Notes: generated by a model not told the origin, from the sequence alone. DNA of 64,000 bases from Bacillota bacterium (GCA_023399055.1 JAEWQV010000034.1:46124-110123), one strand, 5' to 3'. Shown: positions 1 to 10,323, counted from the stretch's first letter. A program made the numbers and translations.

Positions 1-864
1 CTTGGCAACCGTTTTATTAGGGCCAGATTGAAAGTAAGATAAGTCCTGCTTTCTAACATAAAAGGAAGCTTTGAGGTCCTCCACTTGAAAGCGAAGGATG
101 CTACCTTCTTCCAGTAATTTATTCAGTGTTTTTTCTCTTAGTGCTTTATCGCAGAGGTAATATCCCTGCCATGCACCCCCGCGCCTATCCCAAAGCATGC
201 CGACGCTACCGATACGGCGTTTCACATACCAATTAAGAAAATCTTCCTCATCCTTAAAAGGGAAAGGTTCAGTTATATCTTTATGAAACACATTTTCGGT
301 AAAGTCGTATAATTTTTGTGTACCACTTTTATTTACTATACTTAACTCACCCTTTGTATATAGATAATCAAGTGCAGCGCTGGATAATTTTTTGGGGCCC
401 CAGCGATCTTTCCTGATTTCACCAATGGATAGGTCTTTCGAGCTTAAAGCTCCACGGCTTTTTATTAAGTTTCGTACTTCATTAAGTATGTCAAATACAG
501 CAAGCTGTCCGCGATATTCTAAGGTGTATTTGATCAAGTCAGTGCGAGTCTGTCTAATACGTTCAAACCTGGAATACTCGCTTGTCAAGTAGATACACAT
601 CTCCTTATCCCATCCGTCAACTAAGTCCCGTTCCTTATAGAGCAAATCCTGCAATAGATTGGGTTTGTAATCAGTTATTTTTGATTGGAGAACTAGATCA
701 GCATTGCGGCCGACAACATTTAGTGGATCATATTGGATACTGCCTACCTTTTTGAAATACGAAAGGATTCCTTCTTTACCACAATAGGGTTGGCTATTAT
801 TTAAATTATGATATTGTATGAGAAATAATCTAGCTTCTTCTTTGGTTATCGTTTCGGTATGCAT
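1..864 (-). CDS. YcaQ/AlkZ-like winged-helix DNA crosslink-repair glycosylase (3' end outside window)
   Basis: Not in the ORF track because it runs off the edge. Manual translation from ATG at 864 (SD AGGAGG): MHTETITKEEARLFL...VGSIQYDPLNVVGRNADLVLQSKI...DGWDKEMC. The QxD motif is typical of the family. Confidence 0.85.
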   Translation of the reverse strand, partial: MHTETITKEEARLFLIQYHNLNNSQPYCGKEGILSYFKKVGSIQYDPLNVVGRNADLVLQSKITDYKPNLLQDLLYKERDLVDGWDKEMCIYLTSEYSRFERIRQTRTDLIKYTLEYRGQLAVFDILNEVRNLIKSRGALSSKDLSIGEIRKDRWGPKKLSSAALDYLYTKGELSIVNKSGTQKLYDFTENVFHKDITEPFPFKDEEDFLNWYVKRRIGSVGMLWDRRGGAWQGYYLCDKALREKTLNKLLEEGSILRFQVEDLKASFYVRKQDLSYFQSGPNKTVAK

Positions 865-926
865 CTTTCTTCCTCCTAAATGTTCTCATTATATGATAGC
901 AAAAGAATACCATTGTTGTGAAATAA

Positions 927-938
927 AAACAAGTGTTC
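927..938. promoter_or_regulatory. Candidate LexA (SOS/Cheo) box
   Basis: Minus strand reads GAAC-ACTT-GTTT, fitting the Firmicute GAAC-N4-GTTY consensus, about 60 bp upstream of a DNA repair gene. Confidence 0.55.
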
Positions 939-1214
939 TGTTTGGGCTGTTTAATTCATTGCATAAGGTTCAGTTGAAAACGTTATAGGTTGGCTTGATT
1001 TTTACCTATGCAACAAATTTCCACAGAAAATAAACTATATAGTTAAAAAAATAACAAATATGCAGTTATTATCACTCACAGGTTTATTATATTAGGAGTT
1101 TTTATAATCTGTTGAATTTAGTTATACTGAGGAATATAATGTCATCAAATTATACAACTTAACACTTTATTTGATTTGCATATACTAATTAATAAACTCT
1201 AAGGAGACGATTTT

Positions 1215-2261
1215 ATGAAGTACTTGAAGATCTTACTAGTTTGTTTACCCTTATCATTCGTAGGTTATTTCCTGCACTGGAATGCAACAATTATGTTCTG
1301 TTTAACCTGTGCAGCTATCATACCACTTGCAGGATTTTTGGGAGAGTCCACAGAAGAAATAGCAGCCTATACCGGACCTAAACTTGGTGGCTTTTTAAAT
1401 GCTACCTTTGGAAATGCAACAGAATTAATCATTAGCTTTTTTGCCATACGTGCAGGACTTTTTGATGTAGTAAAAGCTTCACTTGCAGGATCTGTATTAG
1501 GTAATATACTTTTGGTGCTGGGTTGTAGCATATTTTTTGGAGGATTAAAGAACAAGGAACTAAAATATGATTCTCAACAGGGAACCTTTACAGCGACCAT
1601 GCTGTTATTTGCAGTAATCGGCTTGGCACTTCCTGCCGTATTTACCTGGAATACCCCTGAAAATTTAATTACCTCTGATTATGAATCCTTAAGTACAATT
1701 ATAAGTGTTATCTTACTTTTGATTTATGTAATCGGAATGGTATATTCATTTAAGACGCAAAATGACCTATATGGTGTAGAGCATGCGGATGATCTGGATA
1801 CCAAATGGAGTCTTCCTGTTAGTATTACAATTCTTGCTATTGCCACCATATTTATTGCTATAGAATCTGAATTACTTGTTGCAAGTATAGAACCAATGAC
1901 TGAGGCTGCAGGAATTCCACAGATGTTTATTGGTATCATCCTTATTCCAATCGTGGGTAACGCTGCAGAACATACGACTGCCATCATCATGGCATTAAAG
2001 AATAAAATGGATATCTCACTTGAAATTGCAGTTGGATCAAGCCTTCAGGTAGCTCTATTTGTTATTCCGGTATCGGTACTTATAAGTCTCTTTTTCACAC
2101 CAATGAGTATTGTATTTAAACCAGTTGAACTATTCTTATTTGGTGCAAGCGTGTTAATTGCGAATCAGATTGTAAAAGCAGGGAAAACAAATTGGATGGA
2201 AGGCTTAAAATTGATTTCCATCTATATTATTGCTGCTATAGGATTTTTTGTGGTTGGGTAA
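1215..2261 (+). CDS. cax: Calcium/proton exchanger (CaCA family)
   Basis: Alpha repeats LNATFGNATE and PIVGNAAEH; multi-pass membrane protein. Confidence 0.92.
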   Translation: MKYLKILLVCLPLSFVGYFLHWNATIMFCLTCAAIIPLAGFLGESTEEIAAYTGPKLGGFLNATFGNATELIISFFAIRAGLFDVVKASLAGSVLGNILLVLGCSIFFGGLKNKELKYDSQQGTFTATMLLFAVIGLALPAVFTWNTPENLITSDYESLSTIISVILLLIYVIGMVYSFKTQNDLYGVEHADDLDTKWSLPVSITILAIATIFIAIESELLVASIEPMTEAAGIPQMFIGIILIPIVGNAAEHTTAIIMALKNKMDISLEIAVGSSLQVALFVIPVSVLISLFFTPMSIVFKPVELFLFGASVLIANQIVKAGKTNWMEGLKLISIYIIAAIGFFVVG

Positions 2262-2322
2262 AAATAAACATTTTACATCGTTGTTTGGGAGATTCTCCTG
2301 GAAAACATTTTACGGAGAATCA

Positions 2323-2330
2323 CATATAAT
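2323..2330 (+). promoter_or_regulatory. sigmaE/sigmaK-type -10 element (CATATAAT)
   Basis: CATA-type -10 upstream of a spore-type LysM protein; -35 is poor. Confidence 0.4.
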
Positions 2331-2392
2331 GGTAAAAAGATGGCTTCGTGTTAGTGTGACTGTGTTTCGCAGTTGCACCTAACTGGAAAGGC

Positions 2393-3682
2393 ATGGTTAT
2401 TATTATGATAATTCATGTTGTTCAAAGAGGTGAAACAACAAAATCAATCGCCGAGAGTTATGGTATATCGGAAGAAAGAATGATATTAGAAAATGAGCTG
2501 TCAATTCCACCAAAACTGGCCATTGGTGAGACTTTGGTTATTTTATTTCCTGAAATAACACACAAGGTTAAAGCAGAGGATACTCTTTATAGTATAGCAA
2601 CTACCTATGATGTAACAGTGGAACAGCTTTTAAGAAATAATCCGTATTTGTCTAATAGGGAATTTATATTTCCGGGAGAAGAAATTGTCATCCAATACCG
2701 AGAAGATAAAATTATGCCTATTACAACTAATGGCTATGCCTATCCGTTTATAGATATCAATACCTTAAAAAAGACACTTCCATTTCTTTCTTATCTTTCC
2801 GTCTACAGCTATAAGGTGACAGGTGAGGGTGAAATAATTAATATTGAGGATCGAGAGATAATTCGTATTGCAAAGGAATACCGAGTCGCACCAATCATGC
2901 TTCTGACCGGCTTAGAGGGGACGCTGGAGGAAGAAATTAGAGTAACTAACATTGTATTAAACGATGAGGCGCTGCAGGATAGATTTATAAATCAGGTAAT
3001 TAATATTATGAAAGATAAGGGTTACTATGGAGTGAATGTTAATACCCCCTATGTCACTCCATCTGACCGGGCCTTGTATATTAAATTTTTTACCAAGTTT
3101 GCTGATAAGATTACCAAGTCGGGGTTTCACGTCTTTAACACCTTGAGTTTAAGCCCCTTTGAAATTGTAACAAAGGTGATCTATGAAGGTCTCGGTTATC
3201 GTACCTTAGGAGAAATCGTGGATGGAACAACGTTAATCTCTTATGAATGGGGCTTTTCCCTAGGCATTCCCTATGGTATTGCACCTTATGAAACAACAGG
3301 AGATTTAATATTTGAAATATCAAACTACATTCCTGCAAGTAAAGTATCCATTGGAATTTCAAGTATCGGATATATATGGCAGCTTCCTTTTGACCCAGAG
3401 ATAACCAGAGGATTAGCAATTCCATATAGAGCAGCAGTAGAGCTTGCATATACCCATGGGGCGCACATACTGTATGATGAGATTACAAAATCAGCGTATT
3501 TTCAATATATTGCAGGAGGTGAATATATGGTTCGCTTTCGTGATGCAAGAAGTATCGATGCCTTTATGAAATTCATACCAGGATTTGGATTAAATGGAAA
3601 TGGTATTTGGAACATTATGTTCTTCTTTCCCCAGATGTGGTCTGTTATTAATTCCCAGTACGACATTACGAAACTTATCTAA
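2393..3682 (+). CDS. LysM + GH18-like spore peptidoglycan protein (YaaH/YdhD family)
   Basis: Two N-terminal LysM repeats (IHVVQRGET..., HKVKAEDTLYSIA...), then a GH18-like barrel (SYEWG, GIW). Confidence 0.85.
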   Translation: MVIIMIIHVVQRGETTKSIAESYGISEERMILENELSIPPKLAIGETLVILFPEITHKVKAEDTLYSIATTYDVTVEQLLRNNPYLSNREFIFPGEEIVIQYREDKIMPITTNGYAYPFIDINTLKKTLPFLSYLSVYSYKVTGEGEIINIEDREIIRIAKEYRVAPIMLLTGLEGTLEEEIRVTNIVLNDEALQDRFINQVINIMKDKGYYGVNVNTPYVTPSDRALYIKFFTKFADKITKSGFHVFNTLSLSPFEIVTKVIYEGLGYRTLGEIVDGTTLISYEWGFSLGIPYGIAPYETTGDLIFEISNYIPASKVSIGISSIGYIWQLPFDPEITRGLAIPYRAAVELAYTHGAHILYDEITKSAYFQYIAGGEYMVRFRDARSIDAFMKFIPGFGLNGNGIWNIMFFFPQMWSVINSQYDITKLI

Positions 3683-3819
3683 AATTTGCACTTAAAAGGG
3701 AAAATAATTTAACCTTTTAGGTGCTTTTTTTTATGAAGTTAAGTCTACTAAATAAACTAAAAATGTAGAATTTAAAGGGAAAATATATTCCAAATATTTA
3801 ATAATTATATAAAATTTAG

Positions 3820-3880
3820 TTGATTTTCGAAAAATTTCGTGATACGATTTATTTGTAGATATTTTTGGTAATATTACCAA
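3820..3880 (+). promoter_or_regulatory. sigmaA promoter followed by a perfect 16-bp palindromic operator
   Basis: TTGATT(3820)-N17-TACGAT(3843) with extended TG; TTGGTAATATTACCAA at 3865-3880. Confidence 0.6.
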
Positions 3881-3945
3881 GAAACGGGGTTATATCTTAC
3901 ATTTTAAATGGCAAGTTGCCGACAAATTGAAAGGAGATAGGTATT

Positions 3946-4518
3946 ATGAAAAAAAGATTGTCATGGGCATTCGTAGTAGCAATGGTTTTAACTTTCGTAC
4001 TTTCCTTACCAGTAGCTGCTGAAGAGGAATTTACAGTACATGCAAAGGCTCCAGCTGAATGGACAACACCTGCATTATGGGCATGGTCAACAACAGAAGG
4101 CACGAATGTGTTTGATGCTTGGCCAGGACAGGTTTTAACAGCTGATCCTGATAACGCTGGATGGTTCTATTTCACAGTTCCTGTTACAACAGATGCGGTT
4201 ATTATTAATGATAATGGAGCGGGTGCTCAAACTGCTGACCTTACAGTTGAATCAAAAGAACTTTGGGTAACTGTAACAGAGGCTGGAGCAGACGGCAAAT
4301 TCGCTGCAGATGTAGCTTATGAAGCTCCGGAAGGTTTTTCTACTGGTGCTGTAGTGGCGGTAGAAAAAGCAACAGAAGCAACCACAGAAGAAGTAGCTGC
4401 AGAGGAAGCAACTACAGAGGTTCCTAAAACTGGTGTAGTATCTATGGCTTTGGCATATGTAGGCTTAGCTGGAATTTCTGGTGCTGGCTTAATAGCTTCT
4501 AAGAAAAAATCCAAATAA
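3946..4518 (+). CDS. Cell-wall-anchored starch-binding (CBM26-like) protein
   Basis: Signal peptide; WAW...AWPG...GWFY...IIND...QTADL pattern; E/A/T linker; VPKTG + hydrophobic helix + KKKSK sorting signal. Confidence 0.75.
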   Translation: MKKRLSWAFVVAMVLTFVLSLPVAAEEEFTVHAKAPAEWTTPALWAWSTTEGTNVFDAWPGQVLTADPDNAGWFYFTVPVTTDAVIINDNGAGAQTADLTVESKELWVTVTEAGADGKFAADVAYEAPEGFSTGAVVAVEKATEATTEEVAAEEATTEVPKTGVVSMALAYVGLAGISGAGLIASKKKSK

Positions 4519-4565
4519 TTGGTGAAATAGTTATATTATTAATTTACATAATTTATATGGAAATT

Positions 4566-4600
4566 CAGTCTTTCGTCATTGTACGAAGGGCTGTTTTTTT
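4566..4600 (+). terminator. Intrinsic terminator
   Basis: CAGTCTTTCGT/ACGAAGGGCTG stem followed by a T-tract. Confidence 0.8.
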
Positions 4601-4728
4601 ATCCCGCAAACTAGTTAGCCTTATTACCTATAGTAATAGTATTCATTAGTTTTACTAAATTGAAAAATATCAGATTACACGATAATATAAAAAAGTATTA
4701 ATTAACAAAGGAATCGTAGGTAGCTAGA

Positions 4729-5304
4729 ATGCAACTTTTAAAAGATAGAATAAGAAAAGATGGTAAAATCCGTTCAGGGAATGTTTTGAAGGTAGACAGC
4801 TTCTTAAATCATCAGATGGACATAGAGCTTTTTGGAGAAATTGGAAAAGAATTTAAGAAAAGATTTGCAGATTGTGAGATTACAAAGATACTTACGATAG
4901 AAGCATCAGGAATTGGAATTGCCTGTATTGCTGCACAGTATTTTCAAGTGCCTGTAGTCTTTGCTAAAAAGACCCAGACCAAGAATATTGCAGGTGATGT
5001 ATACACAGGCAAAGTAGAATCCTTTACCCACGGTAGAGTATACGATATTATTGTTGCAAAGGAATTTTTAAAACCAACAGATAAGATTTTAATTATAGAT
5101 GATTTTTTAGCAAATGGCAGTGCATTGTTTGGACTTACCAAGCTGGTTATGGATGCTGGTGCAACCTTAGTGGGAGCGGGCATTGTTATTGAGAAGGGCT
5201 TTCAAGAAGGTGGAGAACTGGTTCGCGGTAGTGGAGTTCGAGTTGAGTCCCTGGCAATCCTCGAATCAATGAACGAGGATGGTCAAATAGTTTTTCGTGA
5301 TTAA
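4729..5304 (+). CDS. xpt: Xanthine phosphoribosyltransferase
   Basis: LKVDSFLNHQ, TIEASGI, IIDDFLANG PRPP motif. Confidence 0.95.
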   Translation: MQLLKDRIRKDGKIRSGNVLKVDSFLNHQMDIELFGEIGKEFKKRFADCEITKILTIEASGIGIACIAAQYFQVPVVFAKKTQTKNIAGDVYTGKVESFTHGRVYDIIVAKEFLKPTDKILIIDDFLANGSALFGLTKLVMDAGATLVGAGIVIEKGFQEGGELVRGSGVRVESLAILESMNEDGQIVFRD

Positions 5305-5412
5305 GATTTACATAGGGAAGACAAAGCAGAGGGCGTGTCTTCTTGTAAATAAATTTCGGGGACAAACCCCTGCAACTGGATTTAATCCAGACATAACAAG
5401 GAGGAGAAATCA

Positions 5413-6633
5413 ATGTTAAAGAAATTATTAGCCATGGCTATGGTTGCTGCAATGGTAGTATCTTTTGCCGCTTGTGGAACAAGCAACAATGACAAAAAGG
5501 ACACACCAGCAACGGAAGGAACTTCAACTGACGACACTGCAACTGATGATACCGCAACTGGTGACACAACAGATGATACTGATGCAGCGACAACTGGCTT
5601 ATTTGCACCTGTAGCAAAGGAAGATGTTAAGGTTGGTGTTATTCATATTGGAGACCCTGCAAGTGGTGCTGGATATACCTATGCACATGATCAGGGAATT
5701 GTGGCTATGCAGCAAACAATTGGACTTTCCGACGATCAGATCATTCGTAAGAATAACGTAAGTGATTCTGATGCAGTAGCGATTAGAACAGCTATCGAAG
5801 AGTGTCTTGAAGATGGCGCTACTATTATCTTTGGTACAAGCTGGGGTTACATGGATACCATGGAAGAATTAGCAGCAGAATATCCTGAAGTTGTTTTCTC
5901 TCATTGTTCCGGTTATAAGAGCAATGGAACTAATTTCAATAACTATTTTGGACGTATTTATCAAGCAAGATATCTTTCCGGTATTGCAGCAGGTTTAAAG
6001 ACTCAGTCTGATAAGATTGGTTTTGTTGCAGCAATGGATGTTCAAAACTCCGAGGTTACTGGTGGAATTAATGCATTTGCATTAGGTGTTGAATCTGTTA
6101 ATCCTGACGCAAAGGTTTATGTTAAAGTTACAAATACCTGGTATGATCCTACTTTAGAACAACAGGCAGCAGAAGCTTTACTCGATGCTGGTTGTGACGT
6201 AATTTCACAGCATGCAGATACAACAGCTCCACAGAAGGCAGCTGAAGCAAGAGGCGTATGGGGTGTTGGTTATAACTCTGATATGACAAAGGATGCTCCA
6301 GCAGGTCACTTAACAGCTCCAATCTGGAACTGGGGTGCTTATTATACCTCCGCTGTACAGTCAATCATTGATGGTACTTGGACTGGTGAAAATTATTTTG
6401 GTGGTATGACGGAAGGCCTCGTAGATCTTTCTCCTCTTTCCGCAAATGTTGCTGATGGAACAGCAGAAGCAATTGAAACTGCTAGACAGAGCATTTTAGA
6501 TGGATTTAAAGTATTTGAAGGCGAATTATTTGATAATGCTGGTAATCAGGTATGTAAAGCTGGTGAGTTCATCTCCGATGCAGATATCACTGGTGCTATG
6601 AACTGGTATTACAGAAACGTTGTAGTTGAATAA
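5413..6633 (+). CDS. BMP-family ABC substrate-binding lipoprotein (nucleoside/purine)
   Basis: Lipobox FAAC; T/D-rich linker; YQARYLSGIAAG, TWYDP and APIWNWG motifs. Confidence 0.9.
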   Translation: MLKKLLAMAMVAAMVVSFAACGTSNNDKKDTPATEGTSTDDTATDDTATGDTTDDTDAATTGLFAPVAKEDVKVGVIHIGDPASGAGYTYAHDQGIVAMQQTIGLSDDQIIRKNNVSDSDAVAIRTAIEECLEDGATIIFGTSWGYMDTMEELAAEYPEVVFSHCSGYKSNGTNFNNYFGRIYQARYLSGIAAGLKTQSDKIGFVAAMDVQNSEVTGGINAFALGVESVNPDAKVYVKVTNTWYDPTLEQQAAEALLDAGCDVISQHADTTAPQKAAEARGVWGVGYNSDMTKDAPAGHLTAPIWNWGAYYTSAVQSIIDGTWTGENYFGGMTEGLVDLSPLSANVADGTAEAIETARQSILDGFKVFEGELFDNAGNQVCKAGEFISDADITGAMNWYYRNVVVE

Positions 6634-6729
6634 TAAATGTGCTAAGATATAAAAAAACCATTTTCTTATAGTTTTCCGGATGGTTAAAAGTAAGGTGTTA
6701 TGGTGTACAGCACCATAATGGAGGTTAAG

Positions 6730-8271
6730 ATGAATAAAGAAACTATGGCTATTGAGCTGAAGAAGATTACAAAAACCTTTGGTTCGGTTGTGGCGAATAA
6801 TAAGATTGACCTATCCGTTAAGCAGGGCGAGATACTCGCCCTGCTTGGCGAAAACGGATCAGGTAAAACAACTCTAATGAACATGCTGTCGGGAATTTAT
6901 AAGCCGGATAGCGGTTCTATTTTCATTAATGGACAAAATGTAACCATTAATTCCCCAGAGGATTCCATTTCGTATGGTGTAGGTATGATACACCAGCATT
7001 TCAAATTAGTAGAAGCGATGACTGCTGCAGATAATATTATATTAGGCGCAAAGGAAAAAGGCTTCTTCCTTAAGAAATCCAGATATGAAACTATTCGAAA
7101 TATCAGTAAGCGTTTTGGACTGGAAATCGATCCAGAGAAAAAGATATACCAAATGTCCGTAAGCGAAAAGCAGACCGTAGAGATTATTAAAGTGCTTTAT
7201 CGCAAGGCGGATATTTTGATTTTAGATGAACCGACAGCAGTACTGACTCCGCAAGAGACAACCAGGCTGTTTGACATACTCCGTCGTATGAAAGCGGAGG
7301 GCTGTGCAGTTATCATTATTACTCATAAGTTAAATGAAGTGCTTGAAATCAGTGACCGTGTTACTATTTTACGTAAAGGAGAAAGTGTTGCTACTGTAAA
7401 CACAGCTGAAACCACAGCAGGTGAACTGACGGAACTTATGGTAGGCAGACCGGTGGAATTATCCATTGATCATCCCGAGACGTTTTTTGATGAAAATCTA
7501 TTGGAGATTCATCATTTAACCGTAGCTGACGAAGAAGGACTTGAAGTTATCAAGGATATTAGTTTCGATTTAAACAGAGGCGAAATTCTTGGTGTGGCAG
7601 GTATTGCCGGAAGTGGTCAAAAAGAGCTGTGTGAAACAATCGCAGGACTACTGCCAGTGAAAAAAGGAGCGATTTTATATCATAATGAGAATTTAGTGGG
7701 TAAATCCCCTAACGAAATAATCAAAATGGGTATTAGTATGAGCTTTATTCCAGAAGATCGTCTTGGAATGGGACTAGCTGCATCCATGGGTATGGTCGAT
7801 AATATGCTCCTAAAGAAATATAACGAAGGCAAGGGTCCATTTGTACATAAAAAGGAAGCTAGAGATTTAGCGAAACGTCTAGTAAAACAGTTGGAAATTG
7901 TGACACCAAGTGTTGAGACACCGGTTCGAAGGCTGTCCGGAGGTAATGTACAGAAGGTATTACTAGGAAGAGAAATTGAATCACAACCAAATGTGTTAAT
8001 TACAGCCTATGCTGTTCGAGGATTGGACATTAACTCCTCCTATACAATTTATGACTCGTTAAATGAACAAAAACAGAAAGGTGTAGGAGTACTTTTCATT
8101 GGAGAAGATCTGGATGTTATGCTGGAGCTTTGTGACCGCATTATGGTACTCTGTCATGGAAAAATTACGGGAATCGTAGATTCAAAGGATGCAACCAAAG
8201 AACAGTTGGGACTCCTTATGACTGGGGCAAATGCCAAGGGAGGAGAAGGTAATGACAGAAAGAAATTATAA
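6730..8271 (+). CDS. Nucleoside/simple-sugar ABC transporter ATP-binding protein (two NBDs)
   Basis: GENGSGKT, ILDEPT, IPEDR, LSGGNVQK; start set at ATG 6730 after GGAGGT. Confidence 0.92.
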   Translation: MNKETMAIELKKITKTFGSVVANNKIDLSVKQGEILALLGENGSGKTTLMNMLSGIYKPDSGSIFINGQNVTINSPEDSISYGVGMIHQHFKLVEAMTAADNIILGAKEKGFFLKKSRYETIRNISKRFGLEIDPEKKIYQMSVSEKQTVEIIKVLYRKADILILDEPTAVLTPQETTRLFDILRRMKAEGCAVIIITHKLNEVLEISDRVTILRKGESVATVNTAETTAGELTELMVGRPVELSIDHPETFFDENLLEIHHLTVADEEGLEVIKDISFDLNRGEILGVAGIAGSGQKELCETIAGLLPVKKGAILYHNENLVGKSPNEIIKMGISMSFIPEDRLGMGLAASMGMVDNMLLKKYNEGKGPFVHKKEARDLAKRLVKQLEIVTPSVETPVRRLSGGNVQKVLLGREIESQPNVLITAYAVRGLDINSSYTIYDSLNEQKQKGVGVLFIGEDLDVMLELCDRIMVLCHGKITGIVDSKDATKEQLGLLMTGANAKGGEGNDRKKL

Positions 8272-9352
8272 AGTGAAAAAAGAGCCTTTCCTTCGTGTGG
8301 TAAAAAAAAGTGAGATATCCTTCGGTAAGAATTTATTATTATCCTTTTTAGCAGTATTTGCAGCAATTGTAGCTGGTGGGCTCTTCATTCTTGCCATTGG
8401 TGAAAATCCATTTAAGATCTATGCAGCAATTGTTCATGGTGCTTGGAGAAGCGAATTGGCAATTAAGGGAACTATTAAAATTGCAATACCCTTACTGATA
8501 GCAGCAATTGGTATAACTCCAGCTTTTAAAATGAAATTCTGGAACATTGGTGCTGAAGGACAGATTATCATGGGTGGTGTATTTGCTACTTACTTCGCAT
8601 TGTTCTTTGATCATCTTCCGCATGTATTACTGTTAGTTCTCATGTTTGCAGCAGGCTTAATTGGTGGCGGACTATGGGGACTAATTCCCGCTTATTTTAA
8701 GACAAAATACAATACCAACGAAACCTTATTCACATTAATGTTAAATTATATTGCCTTGTATATTATTAAATATCTAACAGAAGGTCCTTGGAAAGATCCT
8801 AGCTCCTCAGGGTTTCCAAAGATTGCAACCTTTGCAAAGAATTCCAGATTAGACCTTGTCTTTGGAGTACATGCAGGCTGGGTGATCGGTATCATCCTTG
8901 TTGTAGTGATTTTTATTTATATTAACTATACAAAACAAGGTTATGAGATTAGTGTAGTTGGTGAGAGTCCAAATACAGCTCGTTATGCAGGCATGAACGT
9001 TAAGAAAATTGTAATTAGAACTATGTTCTTAAGTGGTGCAATATGCGGTATCGCCGGTATGACTCAGGTTACAGGTGCGGCATTTACCTTGGGGGAAGGT
9101 GTTGCCGGAGGTGTCGGTTTCACAGCGATTACCGTAGCATGGCTTGCAAGACTAAATCCAATTGTTATTTTAGTTGTAACCGTATTATTTAGTATGCTGG
9201 AAAAGGGATGTAGTGTTATGCAAAGTGCCTTTGGGTTATCTTCTTCTGTATCCAGTGTTTTACAGGGAATTATCTTGTTCTTTATTCTTGGCTTTGACTT
9301 CTTTACTCGTTATAAACTTACTTTTAAAAAGTTAGGTCCGGTTCAGGAATAA
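8252..9352 (+). CDS. ABC transporter permease
   Basis: WNIGAEGQ and ARYAGM motifs; start ATG 8252 after AGGAGAAGGT. Confidence 0.9.
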   Translation: MTERNYKVKKEPFLRVVKKSEISFGKNLLLSFLAVFAAIVAGGLFILAIGENPFKIYAAIVHGAWRSELAIKGTIKIAIPLLIAAIGITPAFKMKFWNIGAEGQIIMGGVFATYFALFFDHLPHVLLLVLMFAAGLIGGGLWGLIPAYFKTKYNTNETLFTLMLNYIALYIIKYLTEGPWKDPSSSGFPKIATFAKNSRLDLVFGVHAGWVIGIILVVVIFIYINYTKQGYEISVVGESPNTARYAGMNVKKIVIRTMFLSGAICGIAGMTQVTGAAFTLGEGVAGGVGFTAITVAWLARLNPIVILVVTVLFSMLEKGCSVMQSAFGLSSSVSSVLQGIILFFILGFDFFTRYKLTFKKLGPVQE

Positions 9353-9363
9353 ATAAGAAAGGT

Positions 9364-10323
9364 ATGGTTATTATGATAATTAATTTTTTGTTTGCAGCAA
9401 TTAAAGCAGGTACTCCGTTGTTGTTTGGTACTACAGGTGAGATCATGACTCAAAAGTCAGGTAATCTTAACCTTGGTGTGGAAGGCATGATGTATATGGG
9501 AGCATTTTTAGGTTTCTTTACAGCATTTCATACCGGTAATCTCGGATTAGCATTACTGGCATCCTTTGCGATTGGAGTTCTGGCAGCATTCATATATGCA
9601 GTTTTAACAGTTAGTCTTTTAGCGAATCAGAATGTAACAGGCCTTACCTTAACAATATTTGGTATAGGTATTGCAAAGTTCTTTGGTGAATTAATGATCA
9701 GTGAGGCAGGAGGATCTCCAGTACTTTCAGAGAAATTTATGAAATCGGTATCGGAACAACCTTTGCCACTGCTTGGAGATATCCCAGTCGTAGGTAAGTT
9801 ACTCTTTTCACACAATCCTTTGGTGTACTTATCAATTTTTGTTGCTATACTATGCACCGTCTATATGATAAGAACAAAAAGTGGCCTCAAAATGCGTGCC
9901 ACTGGTGAAAATCCTGCCGCAGCCGATGCAGCTGGTATTAATGTAACGCTTGTAAAATACCTTCACATTATGTTAGGTGGTGGAATCTGCGGATTAGGTG
10001 GTGCCTATTTATCACTGATTAACGGTGGTGGCGTATGGAACAACACAGGTGTTGTAAATGGACAGGGTTGGATTTCTGTTGCTCTTGTAATTTTCGCTAG
10101 TTGGAATCCGGTAAAGGCAATCTTTGGTTCGCTAATTTTTGGAGCCTTCAGTGTGCTTCAGTTCTATGTACCTAAGAACATTATTGTTATCCCGAATGCC
10201 TTTTATGTAATGCTTCCATTTTTAATTACAACTCTGGTACTGATTATTACTTCCATGCAAAAATCCAAGGAAGGTTCTCAACCGGCTGGTTGCGGAGTTA
10301 ATTATTTTAGAGAAGAACGTTAA
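9364..10323 (+). CDS. ABC transporter permease
   Basis: SGNLNLGVEGMM, GENPAAADAAGINV. Confidence 0.9.
   Translation: MVIMIINFLFAAIKAGTPLLFGTTGEIMTQKSGNLNLGVEGMMYMGAFLGFFTAFHTGNLGLALLASFAIGVLAAFIYAVLTVSLLANQNVTGLTLTIFGIGIAKFFGELMISEAGGSPVLSEKFMKSVSEQPLPLLGDIPVVGKLLFSHNPLVYLSIFVAILCTVYMIRTKSGLKMRATGENPAAADAAGINVTLVKYLHIMLGGGICGLGGAYLSLINGGGVWNNTGVVNGQGWISVALVIFASWNPVKAIFGSLIFGAFSVLQFYVPKNIIVIPNAFYVMLPFLITTLVLIITSMQKSKEGSQPAGCGVNYFREER

Noticed and set aside
975..989. cre-like site TGAAAACGTTAT
   Set aside because: Lacks the terminal CA of the consensus and is not near a catabolic gene
4600..4728. Purine riboswitch expected upstream of xpt
   Set aside because: Conserved aptamer core not seen and the leader appears too short
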